This document shows positions 32,620 through 42,738 of a DNA stretch of 64,000 nt, piece by piece. Positions within the stretch are counted from its first letter, which is position 1, and each line of letters begins with the position of its first letter. This DNA comes from an uncultured Gemmatimonadaceae bacterium (GTDB lineage: Bacteria; Gemmatimonadota; Gemmatimonadetes; Gemmatimonadales; Gemmatimonadaceae): assembly GCA_963781585.1 (NCBI GenBank), contig CAWAGQ010000004.1, positions 416,001-480,000 of the forward strand, read 5' to 3'. Made by a program: the position numbers and the translations under genes. Below the pieces are notes generated by a model that did no database searches, was not told the origin of the DNA, and worked only from the letters and a program-made list of their open reading frames with translations.

Positions 32620-33581
32620 GCGCGCGGCCGCTGGGCAAGGACCTGCTCGGGCTGGAGGCGCTCTCGGCCGAACAGATCGTCCTCGTTCTCGACGCGGCCG
32701 AGTCGTTCAAGGAGATCAGCGAGCGGACGATCAAGAAGGTGCCGACCCTCCGCGGGATGACGATCGTCAACCTGTTCTTCGAGGCGTCCACGCGCACGCG
32801 GATCTCCTTCGAGTTTGCCGAGAAGCGGTTGTCGGCGGACACGGTGAACGTGGCGACCGCCGGATCCAGCGTGCAGAAGGGGGAAACGCTGGTCGATACG
32901 GCCCGGAACCTCGAGGCGATGCGGATCGACATGGTCGTGATCCGGCACGGCGCGTCGGGCGCGGCGCAGTTTCTCGCCGAACGGATCGAGTCGAACGTGA
33001 TCAACGCCGGCGACGGGACGCATGAGCATCCCACGCAGGGGCTGCTCGATCTGCTGACGCTGCGGGACCATTTCGGGTCGCTGGCCGGCCGGCGCGTCTG
33101 CATCGTGGGCGACGTGCTGCATTCGCGGGTGGCCCGGTCGAACATCTGGGGGTTGACGAAGCTCGGGGCCGACGTGGCGGTGTGCGGTCCGCGGTCGCTC
33201 CTGCCTAACGCGATCGACCAGCTGGGGGTGCGGGTGTTCGGGCGGGTCGAGGAGGCGATCGAATGGGCGGAGGCGCTGAACGTCCTCCGGCTGCAGCTCG
33301 AGCGCATGCACAGCGGCTACATTCCGTCGTTGCGGGAGTTCAACCGGGTGTTCGGCATCACGCGCGAGCGGCTGGAACGGGCGCCCCGTGACATTCTGGT
33401 GCTCCATCCGGGTCCGATGAACCGCGGCGTGGAAATCGACTCCGACGTGGCGGACGGGCCCCACAGCGTGATCCTCGACCAGGTCACCAATGGCGTGGCC
33501 GTGCGGATGGCGGTCCTCTATCTCCTCGCGGGCGGCAATCCGGAACTGGCCGAAGCGGCGAAAGGCGGGTCCGGGGCGTGA
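32616..33581 (+). CDS. pyrB: Aspartate carbamoyltransferase catalytic subunit
   Basis: [30 protein letters not shown]. Confidence 0.96.
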   Translation: MSARPLGKDLLGLEALSAEQIVLVLDAAESFKEISERTIKKVPTLRGMTIVNLFFEASTRTRISFEFAEKRLSADTVNVATAGSSVQKGETLVDTARNLEAMRIDMVVIRHGASGAAQFLAERIESNVINAGDGTHEHPTQGLLDLLTLRDHFGSLAGRRVCIVGDVLHSRVARSNIWGLTKLGADVAVCGPRSLLPNAIDQLGVRVFGRVEEAIEWAEALNVLRLQLERMHSGYIPSLREFNRVFGITRERLERAPRDILVLHPGPMNRGVEIDSDVADGPHSVILDQVTNGVAVRMAVLYLLAGGNPELAEAAKGGSGA

Positions 33582-34963
33582 CGGCCCCTGGTAAGGGACC
33601 CCTCAGTGGGGCCGATCGGAGCACCGGTGGCGCCCGGGCGTTCCACGCTGCGGCCGACGACGCGCCTGCGATGATTCTGCTCCGCGGGGGACGGGTGCTC
33701 GATCCGTCGCAGAATCTGGACGCGGTCGGCGACGTGCTCGTGGTCGACGGGGCCATCGAACATGCCGGCGCCACGTTAGGCGAGGTACGGCGGGAGCCGG
33801 GCGAATTGGAGACGATCGACTGCGAAGGGCAGATCGTGAGCCCGGGGTTCATCGACGTACACTGCCACCTGCGCGAGCCAGGACGCGAGGACGTGGAGAC
33901 GGTCGCGACCGGCGCCAGGGCGGCCGCCGCGGGCGGATTCACGGCCGTGTGCGCCATGCCCAACACCGATCCGGTCACCGACAACCAGGCCGCGGTGGGA
34001 TTCATCGTGCGACAGGCCATGCGCGCCCGCGCGGCGCGCGTCTATCCGATCGGCGCCATCTCGGTCGGGCAGAAGGGAGAGTCGCTGGCCGAGTTCGGCG
34101 AGATGGTGGGCGCCGGGGCCGTTGCCGTCAGCGACGACGGCAGACCGGTGGTGAGCGCCCAGCTCATGCGCACCGCGCTGGAGTACGCGCGCACGTTCGG
34201 GATCCCGGTCGCCGACCATTGCGAGGAGCCCACCCTCGTCAGAGCGGGGGCGATGAACGAGGGGGTGGTGTCGGCGCGCCTCGGCCTCGGCGCCATGCCC
34301 GCGGAAGCCGAGGAGATCATGGCCATCCGCGACATCCTGCTGGCGCGGCGCACCGGGGGCCACGTGCACCTCTGCCACATGAGCACCAGGGGCTCCGTGG
34401 AGCTGATCCGGTGGGGCAAGGATCGCGGCATCCGGGTGACCGCCGAGGTCTGTCCCCACCACCTCTCGCTCACCGAGGCCGACGTCGAGGGATACAACAC
34501 GAACGCGAAAATGAACCCGCCCTTGCGCACCGCCGACGACGTGGTCGCCCTGCGCGAGGCGGTGCGGGACGAGACGATCGACCTGGTGGCAACCGATCAC
34601 GCGCCGCACCACTATGACGAGAAGGAACGCGAATTCGCCGACGCGCCTAACGGGATCGTGGGCCTCGAGACGGCGCTGGCGGTGGTCACCACCTTTCTGG
34701 TGGTCCCGGGGATCATCGATTTTCCCACCCTGGTGCGCCGCATGTCCGTTTCGCCGGCCCGCGTGTTTGGCCTGCAGGGGGGGACGCTGCGGAAGGGCAG
34801 TGTGGCCGACGTCACAGTCTTCAACCCGGTCCGCGAATGGACGGTCGACCCCGAGCGCTTCCTGTCCAAGGGCCGAAACACGCCGTACAAGGGGCGCCGC
34901 CTCACCGGCCGTGCCACCTGTACCATTGTCGGCGGCCGAGTCGTCTACCGGCAGATGGATTAG
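33578..34963 (+). CDS. pyrC: Dihydroorotase
   Basis: [31 protein letters not shown]; start may be ATG 33671. Confidence 0.94.
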   Translation: MTAPGKGPLSGADRSTGGARAFHAAADDAPAMILLRGGRVLDPSQNLDAVGDVLVVDGAIEHAGATLGEVRREPGELETIDCEGQIVSPGFIDVHCHLREPGREDVETVATGARAAAAGGFTAVCAMPNTDPVTDNQAAVGFIVRQAMRARAARVYPIGAISVGQKGESLAEFGEMVGAGAVAVSDDGRPVVSAQLMRTALEYARTFGIPVADHCEEPTLVRAGAMNEGVVSARLGLGAMPAEAEEIMAIRDILLARRTGGHVHLCHMSTRGSVELIRWGKDRGIRVTAEVCPHHLSLTEADVEGYNTNAKMNPPLRTADDVVALREAVRDETIDLVATDHAPHHYDEKEREFADAPNGIVGLETALAVVTTFLVVPGIIDFPTLVRRMSVSPARVFGLQGGTLRKGSVADVTVFNPVREWTVDPERFLSKGRNTPYKGRRLTGRATCTIVGGRVVYRQMD

Positions 34964-34978
34964 GGGGCCCGGCGCGCC

Positions 34979-35674
34979 ATGTCGACGACGATCGAGGTGC
35001 GGCGGGAAATCGTGGCTGTCTGCCGACGACTCTACGAGCGCGGGCTGATCGCCGGTCCCGACGGCAACGTGTCGCGGCGCCTCGCTCCCGATCGCATTCT
35101 CGTTACGCCAGCCGGGATGTCGAAAGTGGATGTTCAGGAGCACGATCTGGTGGAGGTCACACTCGACGGTGCACCCCGCCGGGGAAACCGACCTGCCTCG
35201 TCGGAGGTGGCCATGCACTTGCGCATTTATCGTCGCCGTCCCGACGTTGAGGCGGTGGTACATGCACATCCTCCGGTCGCAACAGCGTTTGCCGTGGCGG
35301 GCGAGTCGTTCGCCGACGGCATTCTGCCGGAAATGATCTTCCAGATGGGATCGGTCCCTCTGGTGCCGTATGCAACTCCGGGAAGCGAAGAACTTGTCGA
35401 TCGCCTCGAGCCGTTTCTGCAGGACCACGATGCCTTTCTGCTCGCCAATCACGGCGCAACGACCGTGGGGGCGAGTCTGCTGGAGGCGCATCAGCGGATG
35501 GAAAGCCTCGAGCACACCGCTCGCATCGTGCTTGCCGCCAGGCTGCTGGGGCGCGTGAACACGCTGAGCGCGGAGCAGGTGCGTATCCTGGTCGAGGCCC
35601 GCAAGCAGGGTGGTGCGGCCGAGGGCCACGGCCGGCGTGCGGCGTCGCCGACGTCAACAGGGAGTGAAGGATGA
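34979..35674 (+). CDS. Class II aldolase/adducin family protein
   Basis: DGNVS, TPAG, SSEVAMH, HAHP, LANHG. Confidence 0.9.
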   Translation: MSTTIEVRREIVAVCRRLYERGLIAGPDGNVSRRLAPDRILVTPAGMSKVDVQEHDLVEVTLDGAPRRGNRPASSEVAMHLRIYRRRPDVEAVVHAHPPVATAFAVAGESFADGILPEMIFQMGSVPLVPYATPGSEELVDRLEPFLQDHDAFLLANHGATTVGASLLEAHQRMESLEHTARIVLAARLLGRVNTLSAEQVRILVEARKQGGAAEGHGRRAASPTSTGSEG

Positions 35675-36534
35675 ACAATCCGTATTCGGGTCCGCTGGAT
35701 GCCCTCAAGGGGCTCCTCGAAGAGCGCAAACGCTACGAAGGCTGGATCGGTCGCCTCGACGATCGGCGCGCCGACGCGCCCGGACATGTTCTTCAGCGCG
35801 TGCGCGGCGACTATGAGGAACGGCTCCGCGGCGTCATGGAGCAGTTGCGGAGCCGCGCTACCGAACTCGAGTCGTCGGCGACCAGCATGCGCGATCGGAT
35901 CGCGGCGCTCCTCGACGAGGAGAACGCCCGTCGCGATGAGCGGGCCGAGGCCGAGCTCCGGGCTGAAGTTGGCGAATTCAGCGCCGAGTACGCCGCCGAC
36001 CTCCTTGCTCGCTGCGACGAGGCGATCGGGCGACTGTCGGGCGAACGTGGAACCGCGGAGACAGAGCTGCGACGCGTGGAGGAGATTCTGGCGCTCGTTC
36101 GGCGTCCGACGGTCGCCGACGTCCCCGCCCACGCATCAGACGCACCTGAGGCTCCCGCTCCGGCGGCACCGGAGCCACCGCCGGCCCAACCGGCCGAAGG
36201 CGGCTCGTTCGACGAGTTGGCGTTCCTCCAGTCGGTCGTGCAGCCCCGTCCCGCCCAGCCCGCGCCGTCGTCGTCGCCCTCCGGCGCCGACTACCTGGCA
36301 CCGCCGCCCCTCGCGGGGGTGCGCCGGGCCGCGACGTCCGGTGAGCCGATGTCGGCGCGGGAAGAAGGAAGCGCCAGCCGGACCGTTTCGGCGACTCCGG
36401 AGGACGTCCCCTCGTTCCTCAAGGATGTCCCGACGGAACAGGTGAAGACGCTCAAGTGTCAGGAGTGCGGCACGATGAACTACGCCACGGAGTGGTATTG
36501 CGAGCGGTGTGGCGGTGAGTTGGCGGCGATGTAG
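35671..36534 (+). CDS. Hypothetical coiled-coil protein with C-terminal zinc ribbon
   Basis: Heptad-rich N-terminal half, Pro/Ala linker, CQECG..WYCERCG. Confidence 0.7.
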   Translation: MNNPYSGPLDALKGLLEERKRYEGWIGRLDDRRADAPGHVLQRVRGDYEERLRGVMEQLRSRATELESSATSMRDRIAALLDEENARRDERAEAELRAEVGEFSAEYAADLLARCDEAIGRLSGERGTAETELRRVEEILALVRRPTVADVPAHASDAPEAPAPAAPEPPPAQPAEGGSFDELAFLQSVVQPRPAQPAPSSSPSGADYLAPPPLAGVRRAATSGEPMSAREEGSASRTVSATPEDVPSFLKDVPTEQVKTLKCQECGTMNYATEWYCERCGGELAAM

Positions 36535-36566
36535 GCATGCGCCGGTCGGAGTTCCCTGAAATGCGT

Positions 36567-36600
36567 GAGGCGCCACGGATGCTCGTGGCGCCTCGTTCTT
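36567..36600 (+). terminator. Hairpin/terminator between convergent genes
   Basis: GAGGCGCCACG-GATGCT-CGTGGCGCCTC-GTTCTT. Confidence 0.6.
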
Positions 36601-36690
36601 CTGGATGCAGGTCCGGCGGCGAGTGCGCCTTCGCGCTCGGAGCTCCGCGCGGCGACCACGACCTGAGGGGGCGCGCGCAGCGGCGACCGA

Positions 36691-36921
36691 CTAGGCCTTC
36701 ATCAATCGACTCTTGTGTCGCGCTGCCGAATTGCGATGAATCAGTCCCTTGCGCGCCGCGCGATCGAGCAGCTGGATGGCGCGGCGCTTCTGGTCCGGGG
36801 TCGCTTCGGCAACGCCTGCCTTCTTGAGGGCTGTGCGAAGGGTCGAGCGCTGCGCCCGATTCCGGACGGCGGCGGCGCGGGACTTCCGCATATGTTTGGC
36901 AGACGACGGGATCTTGGGCAC
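36691..36921 (-). CDS. rpsT: 30S ribosomal protein S20
   Basis: SSAKHMRKS..RNR..LDRAARKGLIHRNSAARHKSRL; GGAG RBS before GTG. Confidence 0.93.
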   Translation of the reverse strand: MPKIPSSAKHMRKSRAAAVRNRAQRSTLRTALKKAGVAEATPDQKRRAIQLLDRAARKGLIHRNSAARHKSRLMKA

Positions 36922-37091
36922 GTGCACTCCACGAGACGCAAAACGCGACACTCCGCGAGCCGTAAAACGTACCCGGCGGTGGCACGGATGTCAATTAATG
37001 ACTTGGCTTTGACTCTCATCAGCAGCCCCGCTAGCTTGCCCCCGTCACCCTCCCTGTCCGCCACACGGCGCAACACTCTCATGGGTACGGC

Positions 37092-37793
37092 TTGGATAAG
37101 CTCCAGCAGTTTCTCGTCATGGCGCCCGTCATCCTTTTTTCCATGGTCGCCCACGAGTACGCCCACGGGTTTGCGGCGCTGAAACAAGGCGATCCGACCG
37201 CCTACCAGCTTGGGCGGCTCACCTGGAATCCGGTCAGACACATCGATCCGTTCATGACGATCCTCCTCCCGATTCTCACCTTTGTGGGTTCGGGTGGCAG
37301 CTTCATCTTTGGCGGAGCAAAGCCGGTCCCCGTTATCCCGCGCAACTACCGGAACTACAAGCGCGGCGACATCATCGTCTCCCTCGCGGGTATCGCGACG
37401 AACCTCGTGCTCACGGTCGTGTGCACAGTGGTCATCGTGCTGCTCGGCTCCGTTGGCCGGGCCGTTCCGACAGCGGCGTCCTCGCTGGCCATCGTCCAGC
37501 GGATGATGATTTGGGGCGTCCTGTTCAACCTGGTGCTCGCCATCTTCAACCTGCTGCCGATTCCGCCGCTCGACGGATCGCACGTCATGAAGTACCTGCT
37601 CCCACCGGCGTGGGCGCTGCGGTACCAGCAAGTCGGGCGGTTCGGCATTCTGATACTGCTGGTGCTGATCGCGACCAGCGTGGGTCGGCCGCTGTTTGCG
37701 GCCTGGATGAAGCCGGTGGAGGTGCTGTATCGGTTGGCCCTCAACACGGTGTACCCGTACCTGCTCCAATCTCCCACCGCACTGGGGCTTTGA
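37092..37793 (+). CDS. Site-2 protease (M50) family
   Basis: HEYAH, NPVRHIDP, FNLLPIPPLDG. Confidence 0.92.
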   Translation: MDKLQQFLVMAPVILFSMVAHEYAHGFAALKQGDPTAYQLGRLTWNPVRHIDPFMTILLPILTFVGSGGSFIFGGAKPVPVIPRNYRNYKRGDIIVSLAGIATNLVLTVVCTVVIVLLGSVGRAVPTAASSLAIVQRMMIWGVLFNLVLAIFNLLPIPPLDGSHVMKYLLPPAWALRYQQVGRFGILILLVLIATSVGRPLFAAWMKPVEVLYRLALNTVYPYLLQSPTALGL

Positions 37794-37794
37794 C

Positions 37795-38526
37795 ATGACC
37801 GCATTAGTCGGCGCCCCGGATCCGTTCGTCGTTGAGCTGCCGCGATATTCGGGTCCCCTCGATCTCCTGCTCGCCCTGATCCGCGACGAAAAGGTCGACA
37901 TCTACGACATCCCGATCGCACGCATCGCCGAGCAGTTTCTGGTTCGCATCAAGACGTTAGGCATCGATCAGGCGGCGGACTATCTGGAGATGGCGGCGCG
38001 GCTGTTGCGCATCAAGGCCCAGCTGCTCCTTCCCCGCAACCAGGACGACGAGTCGTGGGAGGACCCGCGGGCCGAGCTGGTGCGGCGACTGCTCGAGTAC
38101 CAGCAGGTGCGTGAAGTGTGCGACGTGCTCGAGGAACTGGCGGAGGACCGGCGGCTGCGGTTCGCTCGCGCGTATTTGCCGGTTCCGGGCGGCGAGCCCC
38201 CGCCGTCGCCGCTCACCCTGTCCCTGGGCGACCTCCTGGCCGCCGTGGATCGCGTACTGCGTCTCGCGCGCGAGCCGCATATTCATGATGTCGTGCCTCG
38301 CGCGCTGGATGTCGAGGGTGCGATCGCGACCGTTCGGGCCGTGCTGCAACTCCGCGATCGCGCCCGCTGGTGCGATGTGGTCCGCCCATCGGCCGAGCCG
38401 TGGGAGGTATTGTCGGCCCTCCTCGCCCTTCTCGAGCTGGCGCGGCGCGGTGAGTTGCGCCTGCGCCAGCGTTCCCCATTCGCCTCCCTCGCCATCTCCC
38501 GTGAATCCACTGGCCAAGCTGCTTGA
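37795..38526 (+). CDS. scpA: Segregation and condensation protein A
   Basis: GPLDLLL, DIYDIPI, DPRAELVRRLLEY. Confidence 0.92.
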   Translation: MTALVGAPDPFVVELPRYSGPLDLLLALIRDEKVDIYDIPIARIAEQFLVRIKTLGIDQAADYLEMAARLLRIKAQLLLPRNQDDESWEDPRAELVRRLLEYQQVREVCDVLEELAEDRRLRFARAYLPVPGGEPPPSPLTLSLGDLLAAVDRVLRLAREPHIHDVVPRALDVEGAIATVRAVLQLRDRARWCDVVRPSAEPWEVLSALLALLELARRGELRLRQRSPFASLAISRESTGQAA

Positions 38527-39043
38527 GGCGGCATTGTTCGCCAGCAATCGACCAATCCCGGTCGACGAGCTGGCCGCGCTCGATCCCGACGCATCGCCCG
38601 CCGCCGTCCTGGCGGCCCTGGGGGAGATTCGCGACGCCTACAACGTGAACGGTCACGGCGTGGAGCTGACGGAGCTCGGAGACGGATGGCAGATCCTCAC
38701 CCGCGCCGAGTACACCGAGGCGATCGAGCGCGCGCAACTGGCGGTCCGACCGCATCGTCTCTCGAGCGCTGCTCTGGAGGCACTCGCCCTTGTCGCCTAC
38801 CGTCAGCCGATCGGGCGCGCCGAAATCGAGGAGATCCGCGGCGTCAACTGCGGCGCCATCCTCAAGTCGCTGCACGAACGGGGACTGATCGATGTCGTAG
38901 GCCGTGGCGAAGGACTGGGACGGCCACTGCTGTACGGGACGACGCCTCTGTTTCTGGAGAACTTCGCACTCCGCCATCTGGAAGAGCTCCCGCGGGCCGA
39001 TGAGCTCGCGGTGTCCCTTCGCTCCGAACCGCGCGCCCTCTAG
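38501..39043 (+). CDS. scpB: Segregation and condensation protein B
   Basis: LEAALF, AYRQPI.RAEIEEIRGV, GRPLLYGTT. Confidence 0.93.
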   Translation: MNPLAKLLEAALFASNRPIPVDELAALDPDASPAAVLAALGEIRDAYNVNGHGVELTELGDGWQILTRAEYTEAIERAQLAVRPHRLSSAALEALALVAYRQPIGRAEIEEIRGVNCGAILKSLHERGLIDVVGRGEGLGRPLLYGTTPLFLENFALRHLEELPRADELAVSLRSEPRAL

Positions 39044-39774
39044 TGACTGGCAGGATGCGGCTCCACCGCGCACTGGCGCGGGCGGGCTACGCGTCGCGCC
39101 GTCACGCCGAGTCGCTGATTGCGGAGGGGCGGGTGCAGGTCAACGGGGCCGTGGCGCGCATCGGCCAGCCGGTGAACCCCACCGTGGATCGCATCACCGT
39201 GGACGGCCAGCCCGTACCTCTTCTCACGGCGCCGAAGGTGTGGGTCGTGCTGCACAAGCCCCGGGGGGTGATGACCACTCGCGGTGATCCGCATGCGCGC
39301 CGCACGGTATTCGATCTGGTCGCGGATGTACCGGGCCTGACATACGTCGGACGTCTGGATCGCGAGACAGAAGGTGTTCTCCTGCTCACGACCGACGGCG
39401 ACGCGGTGCATTGCCTGACGCATCCGAGCCGGCAAGTCGACCGCGTCTACGTGGCCACTGTCCGCGGCGACGCTGCGGCGGCGGCTGCGCGGGCGCGTGA
39501 CGGCGTGGATCTGAGCGACGGCCCCGTGCATCCGGACGGCGTGGTGGTCCGATCCCTCGGGCAGGGCCGCTGGGAGATCGAACTTGTGCTTCGTGAGGGG
39601 CGGAAGCGAGAGGTGAGGCGTCTGTTGAAGGCTCTGGGTCTCGAGGTCGACAGGCTGGTGCGAACGCGATTCGGGCCGGTACGATTGGGGGACCTGGCAC
39701 CGGGTGCATCACGCCCGCTCACCGCGCTGGAATGTGAGGAATTGGCGGCGATCGTGGGACACGAAATCGATTGA
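39043..39774 (+). CDS. RsuA/RluB-family pseudouridine synthase
   Basis: S4 domain ASRRHAE, VGRLD, EGRKREVRR; follows scpB as rluB usually does. Confidence 0.9.
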   Translation: MTGRMRLHRALARAGYASRRHAESLIAEGRVQVNGAVARIGQPVNPTVDRITVDGQPVPLLTAPKVWVVLHKPRGVMTTRGDPHARRTVFDLVADVPGLTYVGRLDRETEGVLLLTTDGDAVHCLTHPSRQVDRVYVATVRGDAAAAAARARDGVDLSDGPVHPDGVVVRSLGQGRWEIELVLREGRKREVRRLLKALGLEVDRLVRTRFGPVRLGDLAPGASRPLTALECEELAAIVGHEID

Positions 39775-39920
39775 CAGCTGTCAGCCATCAGGCATCAGCG
39801 GCGGGCTGACCGCTGACACCTGTGGCCGGATAACGGGTAGGAGTGCGGTCGGGCTCGTTGACGCCGGCACTGGCACGTCGGATGGGCAGGGAAGTGACAC
39901 CAACCCTTAGAGGAGAACGG

Positions 39921-40898
39921 GTGGCGACGACACAGGTTTCGGCAAGCGCCGACACGGAACTCGTACAGAGCGTTCTGAAACAGGTCGCGCGCCGCGTGGT
40001 GGGACAGGAGTACATGGTCGAGCGCCTCCTCATCAGCCTGCTGACGGGAGGTCATGTGCTGCTCGAGGGTGTGCCGGGATTGGCCAAGACGCTCACTGTG
40101 CGCACCCTGGCGGAGACGATCCACACCGCATTCCAGCGCATCCAGTTTACCCCGGATCTGCTTCCCGCGGACGTGCTGGGGACACAGGTCTTCGATCAAT
40201 CCACGGGATCGTTCAGCATCAAGCGGGGACCGATCTTCGCCAACATCGTCCTGGCCGATGAGATCAATCGCGCCCCCGCCAAGGTGCAGGCGGCCCTGCT
40301 CGAAGCGATGCAGGAGAAGCAGGTCACCCTGGGTGGCGAGACGTTCAAGCTGGAGGAGCCGTTTCTGGTACTCGCTACCCAGAATCCCATCGAGCAGGAA
40401 GGGACCTATCCGTTGCCCGAGGCGCAGGTGGACCGCTTCATGCTCAAGCTCCGGATCGGGTATCCCAACCGGGAGGAAGAGAAGGAGATCATGCGCCGGA
40501 TGGCGGGGGGCGAACCGATTCCCGTGCAGCAGGTCGCGTCGCCTCGTGCCATTCTCGATGCGCGGCACCGCATCGCCGACCTCTATATGGACGAACGCAT
40601 CGTCGACTACATCGTCGACATCGTCCTGGCCACGCGCGCACCGGCCGAGGCGGGCATGAAAGAGCTGGCACCGCTCATTGAATTCGGCGCCAGCCCGCGC
40701 GCGACCATCGCGCTGGCGCAGGCGTCGCGCGCCCACGCCTTCCTCCGCGGTCGCACCTACGTAACGCCCGACGACGTCAAGGCGATCGCGCCGGACGTTC
40801 TGCGGCATCGGGTGCTCACGACGTACGAGGCGGAAGCGGAAGAGGTGACGCCTGACGACATCGTGCAGAAAGTGCTGCAGACCGTCGAGACGCCATGA
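39921..40898 (+). CDS. MoxR-family AAA+ ATPase
   Basis: EGVPGLAKT, RIQFTPDLLP, DEINRA, ATQNPIEQEGTYPLPEAQ. Confidence 0.95.
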   Translation: MATTQVSASADTELVQSVLKQVARRVVGQEYMVERLLISLLTGGHVLLEGVPGLAKTLTVRTLAETIHTAFQRIQFTPDLLPADVLGTQVFDQSTGSFSIKRGPIFANIVLADEINRAPAKVQAALLEAMQEKQVTLGGETFKLEEPFLVLATQNPIEQEGTYPLPEAQVDRFMLKLRIGYPNREEEKEIMRRMAGGEPIPVQQVASPRAILDARHRIADLYMDERIVDYIVDIVLATRAPAEAGMKELAPLIEFGASPRATIALAQASRAHAFLRGRTYVTPDDVKAIAPDVLRHRVLTTYEAEAEEVTPDDIVQKVLQTVETP

Positions 40899-41842
40899 GA
40901 CCGGACGTCATCGCGGGGCACGGAACCGGCGCCGACGGCCGGCGGACAACCGTCTCCGTGCCTCCCGAAGTGCTGCGCCAGGTGAAGCTCATCGAGTTGC
41001 GGACGCGCCGGCTGGTCAACTCGGTGTTCTCGGGCGAATACCGCTCCGTCTTCAAGGGACACGGGATGGAATTCGCCGAAGTGCGCGAATACCAGCCCGG
41101 CGACGAGGTACGGTCCATCGACTGGAACGTCACCGCGCGGATGCGGCGGCCGTTCGTGAAGCGCTACATCGAGGAACGCGAGCTCACCGTGATGCTGGCG
41201 GTCGACCTCTCCGGCTCGGCGCGCTACGGTACCGTGCGGAAGTTCAAGTCCGAGATGGCCACCGAGCTCGCCGCGGTACTCACGATGTCGGCGGTCCGGA
41301 ACAACGACCGCGTGGGCGTGCTGCTGTTCACCGATCGCATCGAACATGTCGTCACGCCGGCCAAGGGGCGGCGCCACGCGCTCCGCATCATCCGCGACGT
41401 GCTGATCCACGAACCCGCGGGCGCGGGCACCGACGTCGCCGGCGCGCTCGAGTATCTCCATCGGCTGCTCCGCCACCGGGCCATCATTTTTCTCATTTCG
41501 GATCTCTACGGCGCGAACTTCGAGCGGTCCCTCAAGTTGCTGGCCCAGCGGCACGACATCGTCGTGGCGCCGGTGGAGGATCCCACCGAGTGGGAACTCC
41601 CCGACATCGGACTGGCGCGCTTCGTCGATCCCGAAACCGGCCAGGCCATGGACGTCGACACCAGCGACCAGCGCGTTCGCCAGATGTTCGCTGACCAGTC
41701 ACGCGCCGATCGCGCCGAGCGACGGCAGTTGCTGCGCCGGCTGTCGCTGGACGAAGTCGCGATGAACACGCGAGATGGATATCTCGAGCCGCTGCTGCGC
41801 TTCTTCCGGATGCGCGAGCGACGGGTCCGGAGGCGCTGGTGA
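40895..41842 (+). CDS. DUF58 VWA-like protein
   Basis: GMEFAEVREYQPGD, IDWNVTAR, DLSGS, ISD. Confidence 0.92.
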   Translation: MRPDVIAGHGTGADGRRTTVSVPPEVLRQVKLIELRTRRLVNSVFSGEYRSVFKGHGMEFAEVREYQPGDEVRSIDWNVTARMRRPFVKRYIEERELTVMLAVDLSGSARYGTVRKFKSEMATELAAVLTMSAVRNNDRVGVLLFTDRIEHVVTPAKGRRHALRIIRDVLIHEPAGAGTDVAGALEYLHRLLRHRAIIFLISDLYGANFERSLKLLAQRHDIVVAPVEDPTEWELPDIGLARFVDPETGQAMDVDTSDQRVRQMFADQSRADRAERRQLLRRLSLDEVAMNTRDGYLEPLLRFFRMRERRVRRRW

Positions 41843-42738
41843 ACGTCGGCTGGCTCGCGCTGGTCGTTGTGCAGGCGATTGCGCAGAACGGTCGCGTGCA
41901 GGCCGGCGTGCAGGTGACTCCCGATACGGTGACGGTGGGCGATCCGTTCGAGGTCGTGGTGCGCGTGCGGGCTCCGCGTGGCGCGACCATCGAGTTCCCG
42001 CAGACGCCGGACTCGGGCGCGGCGGTTGAAGCGCTCGACCCCGTCCAGGTGACGCCCTCCGCCGACACGACGGTCACCGAGAACTCGGCCATGTATCGCG
42101 TGGCGGCGTGGGACGTGGGACAGCTGCGAATCCCGTTCGCGGATGCGCTGGTGCGGGAGGGCAATGCCACTCGCCGCGTGGCGCTCGCCGGCGTGACGGT
42201 GTTCGTCCGCAGCGTGCTGCCGGCTGACAGCACGCTGCGCGTTCCCAAACCGCCGCGCGACCTGTTCACGTTCGGGCCACCGTGGTGGATGTGGGTGCTG
42301 GCGGTGCTGGTTGCCGGTGCGCTCCTCTGGCTCGGGTACTGGTTGTGGAAGCGCCGCCGGCGTCGGGCGCCCGTGGCGGTGGATCCGTGGGACGAGGCCG
42401 AGCGGGACTTCGCGCGGGTGGAGGCGCTCGGTCTGGTGGCCGCCGGAGAGCGCTCGCGCCACGCGGTGCTGATGGTGGAGGTGCTGCGCGATTATCTCGC
42501 CGCGGTGATGGAGGACGCGACGCCGTCGCTCACCACGTCGGAACTGCTGGGCCGGCTGCGCGGCAGCCTCCTGCCGGCGCAGCGCCTCGCGGCACTGCTC
42601 GCCGAGGTCGACCTGGTGAAATTCGCGCGACGGCCACTCGGAGCGGACCGGGCGCTCGAGCTCGGCCGCGAGGCGAGAGCGCTGGCCGGCGCGGCGCACA
42701 ACGCCGTGGCGGGCCCCCCGTTGCAGAGGGCGGCCTGA
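41839..42738 (+). CDS. Bat-cluster membrane protein (Ig-like plus TM, DUF4381-like)
   Basis: DTVTVGDP, TM helix, LTTSE..DLVKFA. Confidence 0.7.
   Translation: MNVGWLALVVVQAIAQNGRVQAGVQVTPDTVTVGDPFEVVVRVRAPRGATIEFPQTPDSGAAVEALDPVQVTPSADTTVTENSAMYRVAAWDVGQLRIPFADALVREGNATRRVALAGVTVFVRSVLPADSTLRVPKPPRDLFTFGPPWWMWVLAVLVAGALLWLGYWLWKRRRRRAPVAVDPWDEAERDFARVEALGLVAAGERSRHAVLMVEVLRDYLAAVMEDATPSLTTSELLGRLRGSLLPAQRLAALLAEVDLVKFARRPLGADRALELGREARALAGAAHNAVAGPPLQRAA

Noticed and set aside
33203..33781. GCCTAAC...GTTAGGC as integron attC sites
   Set aside because: The copies lie inside core genes, the closest correctly oriented pair is about 570 nt apart (attC sites are under about 150 nt), and no integron integrase or cassette array is present.
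39871..39886. TGGCACG upstream of moxR (also near 23687 and 36980) as sigma54 promoters
   Set aside because: There is no GC at the -12 position with N10 spacing.
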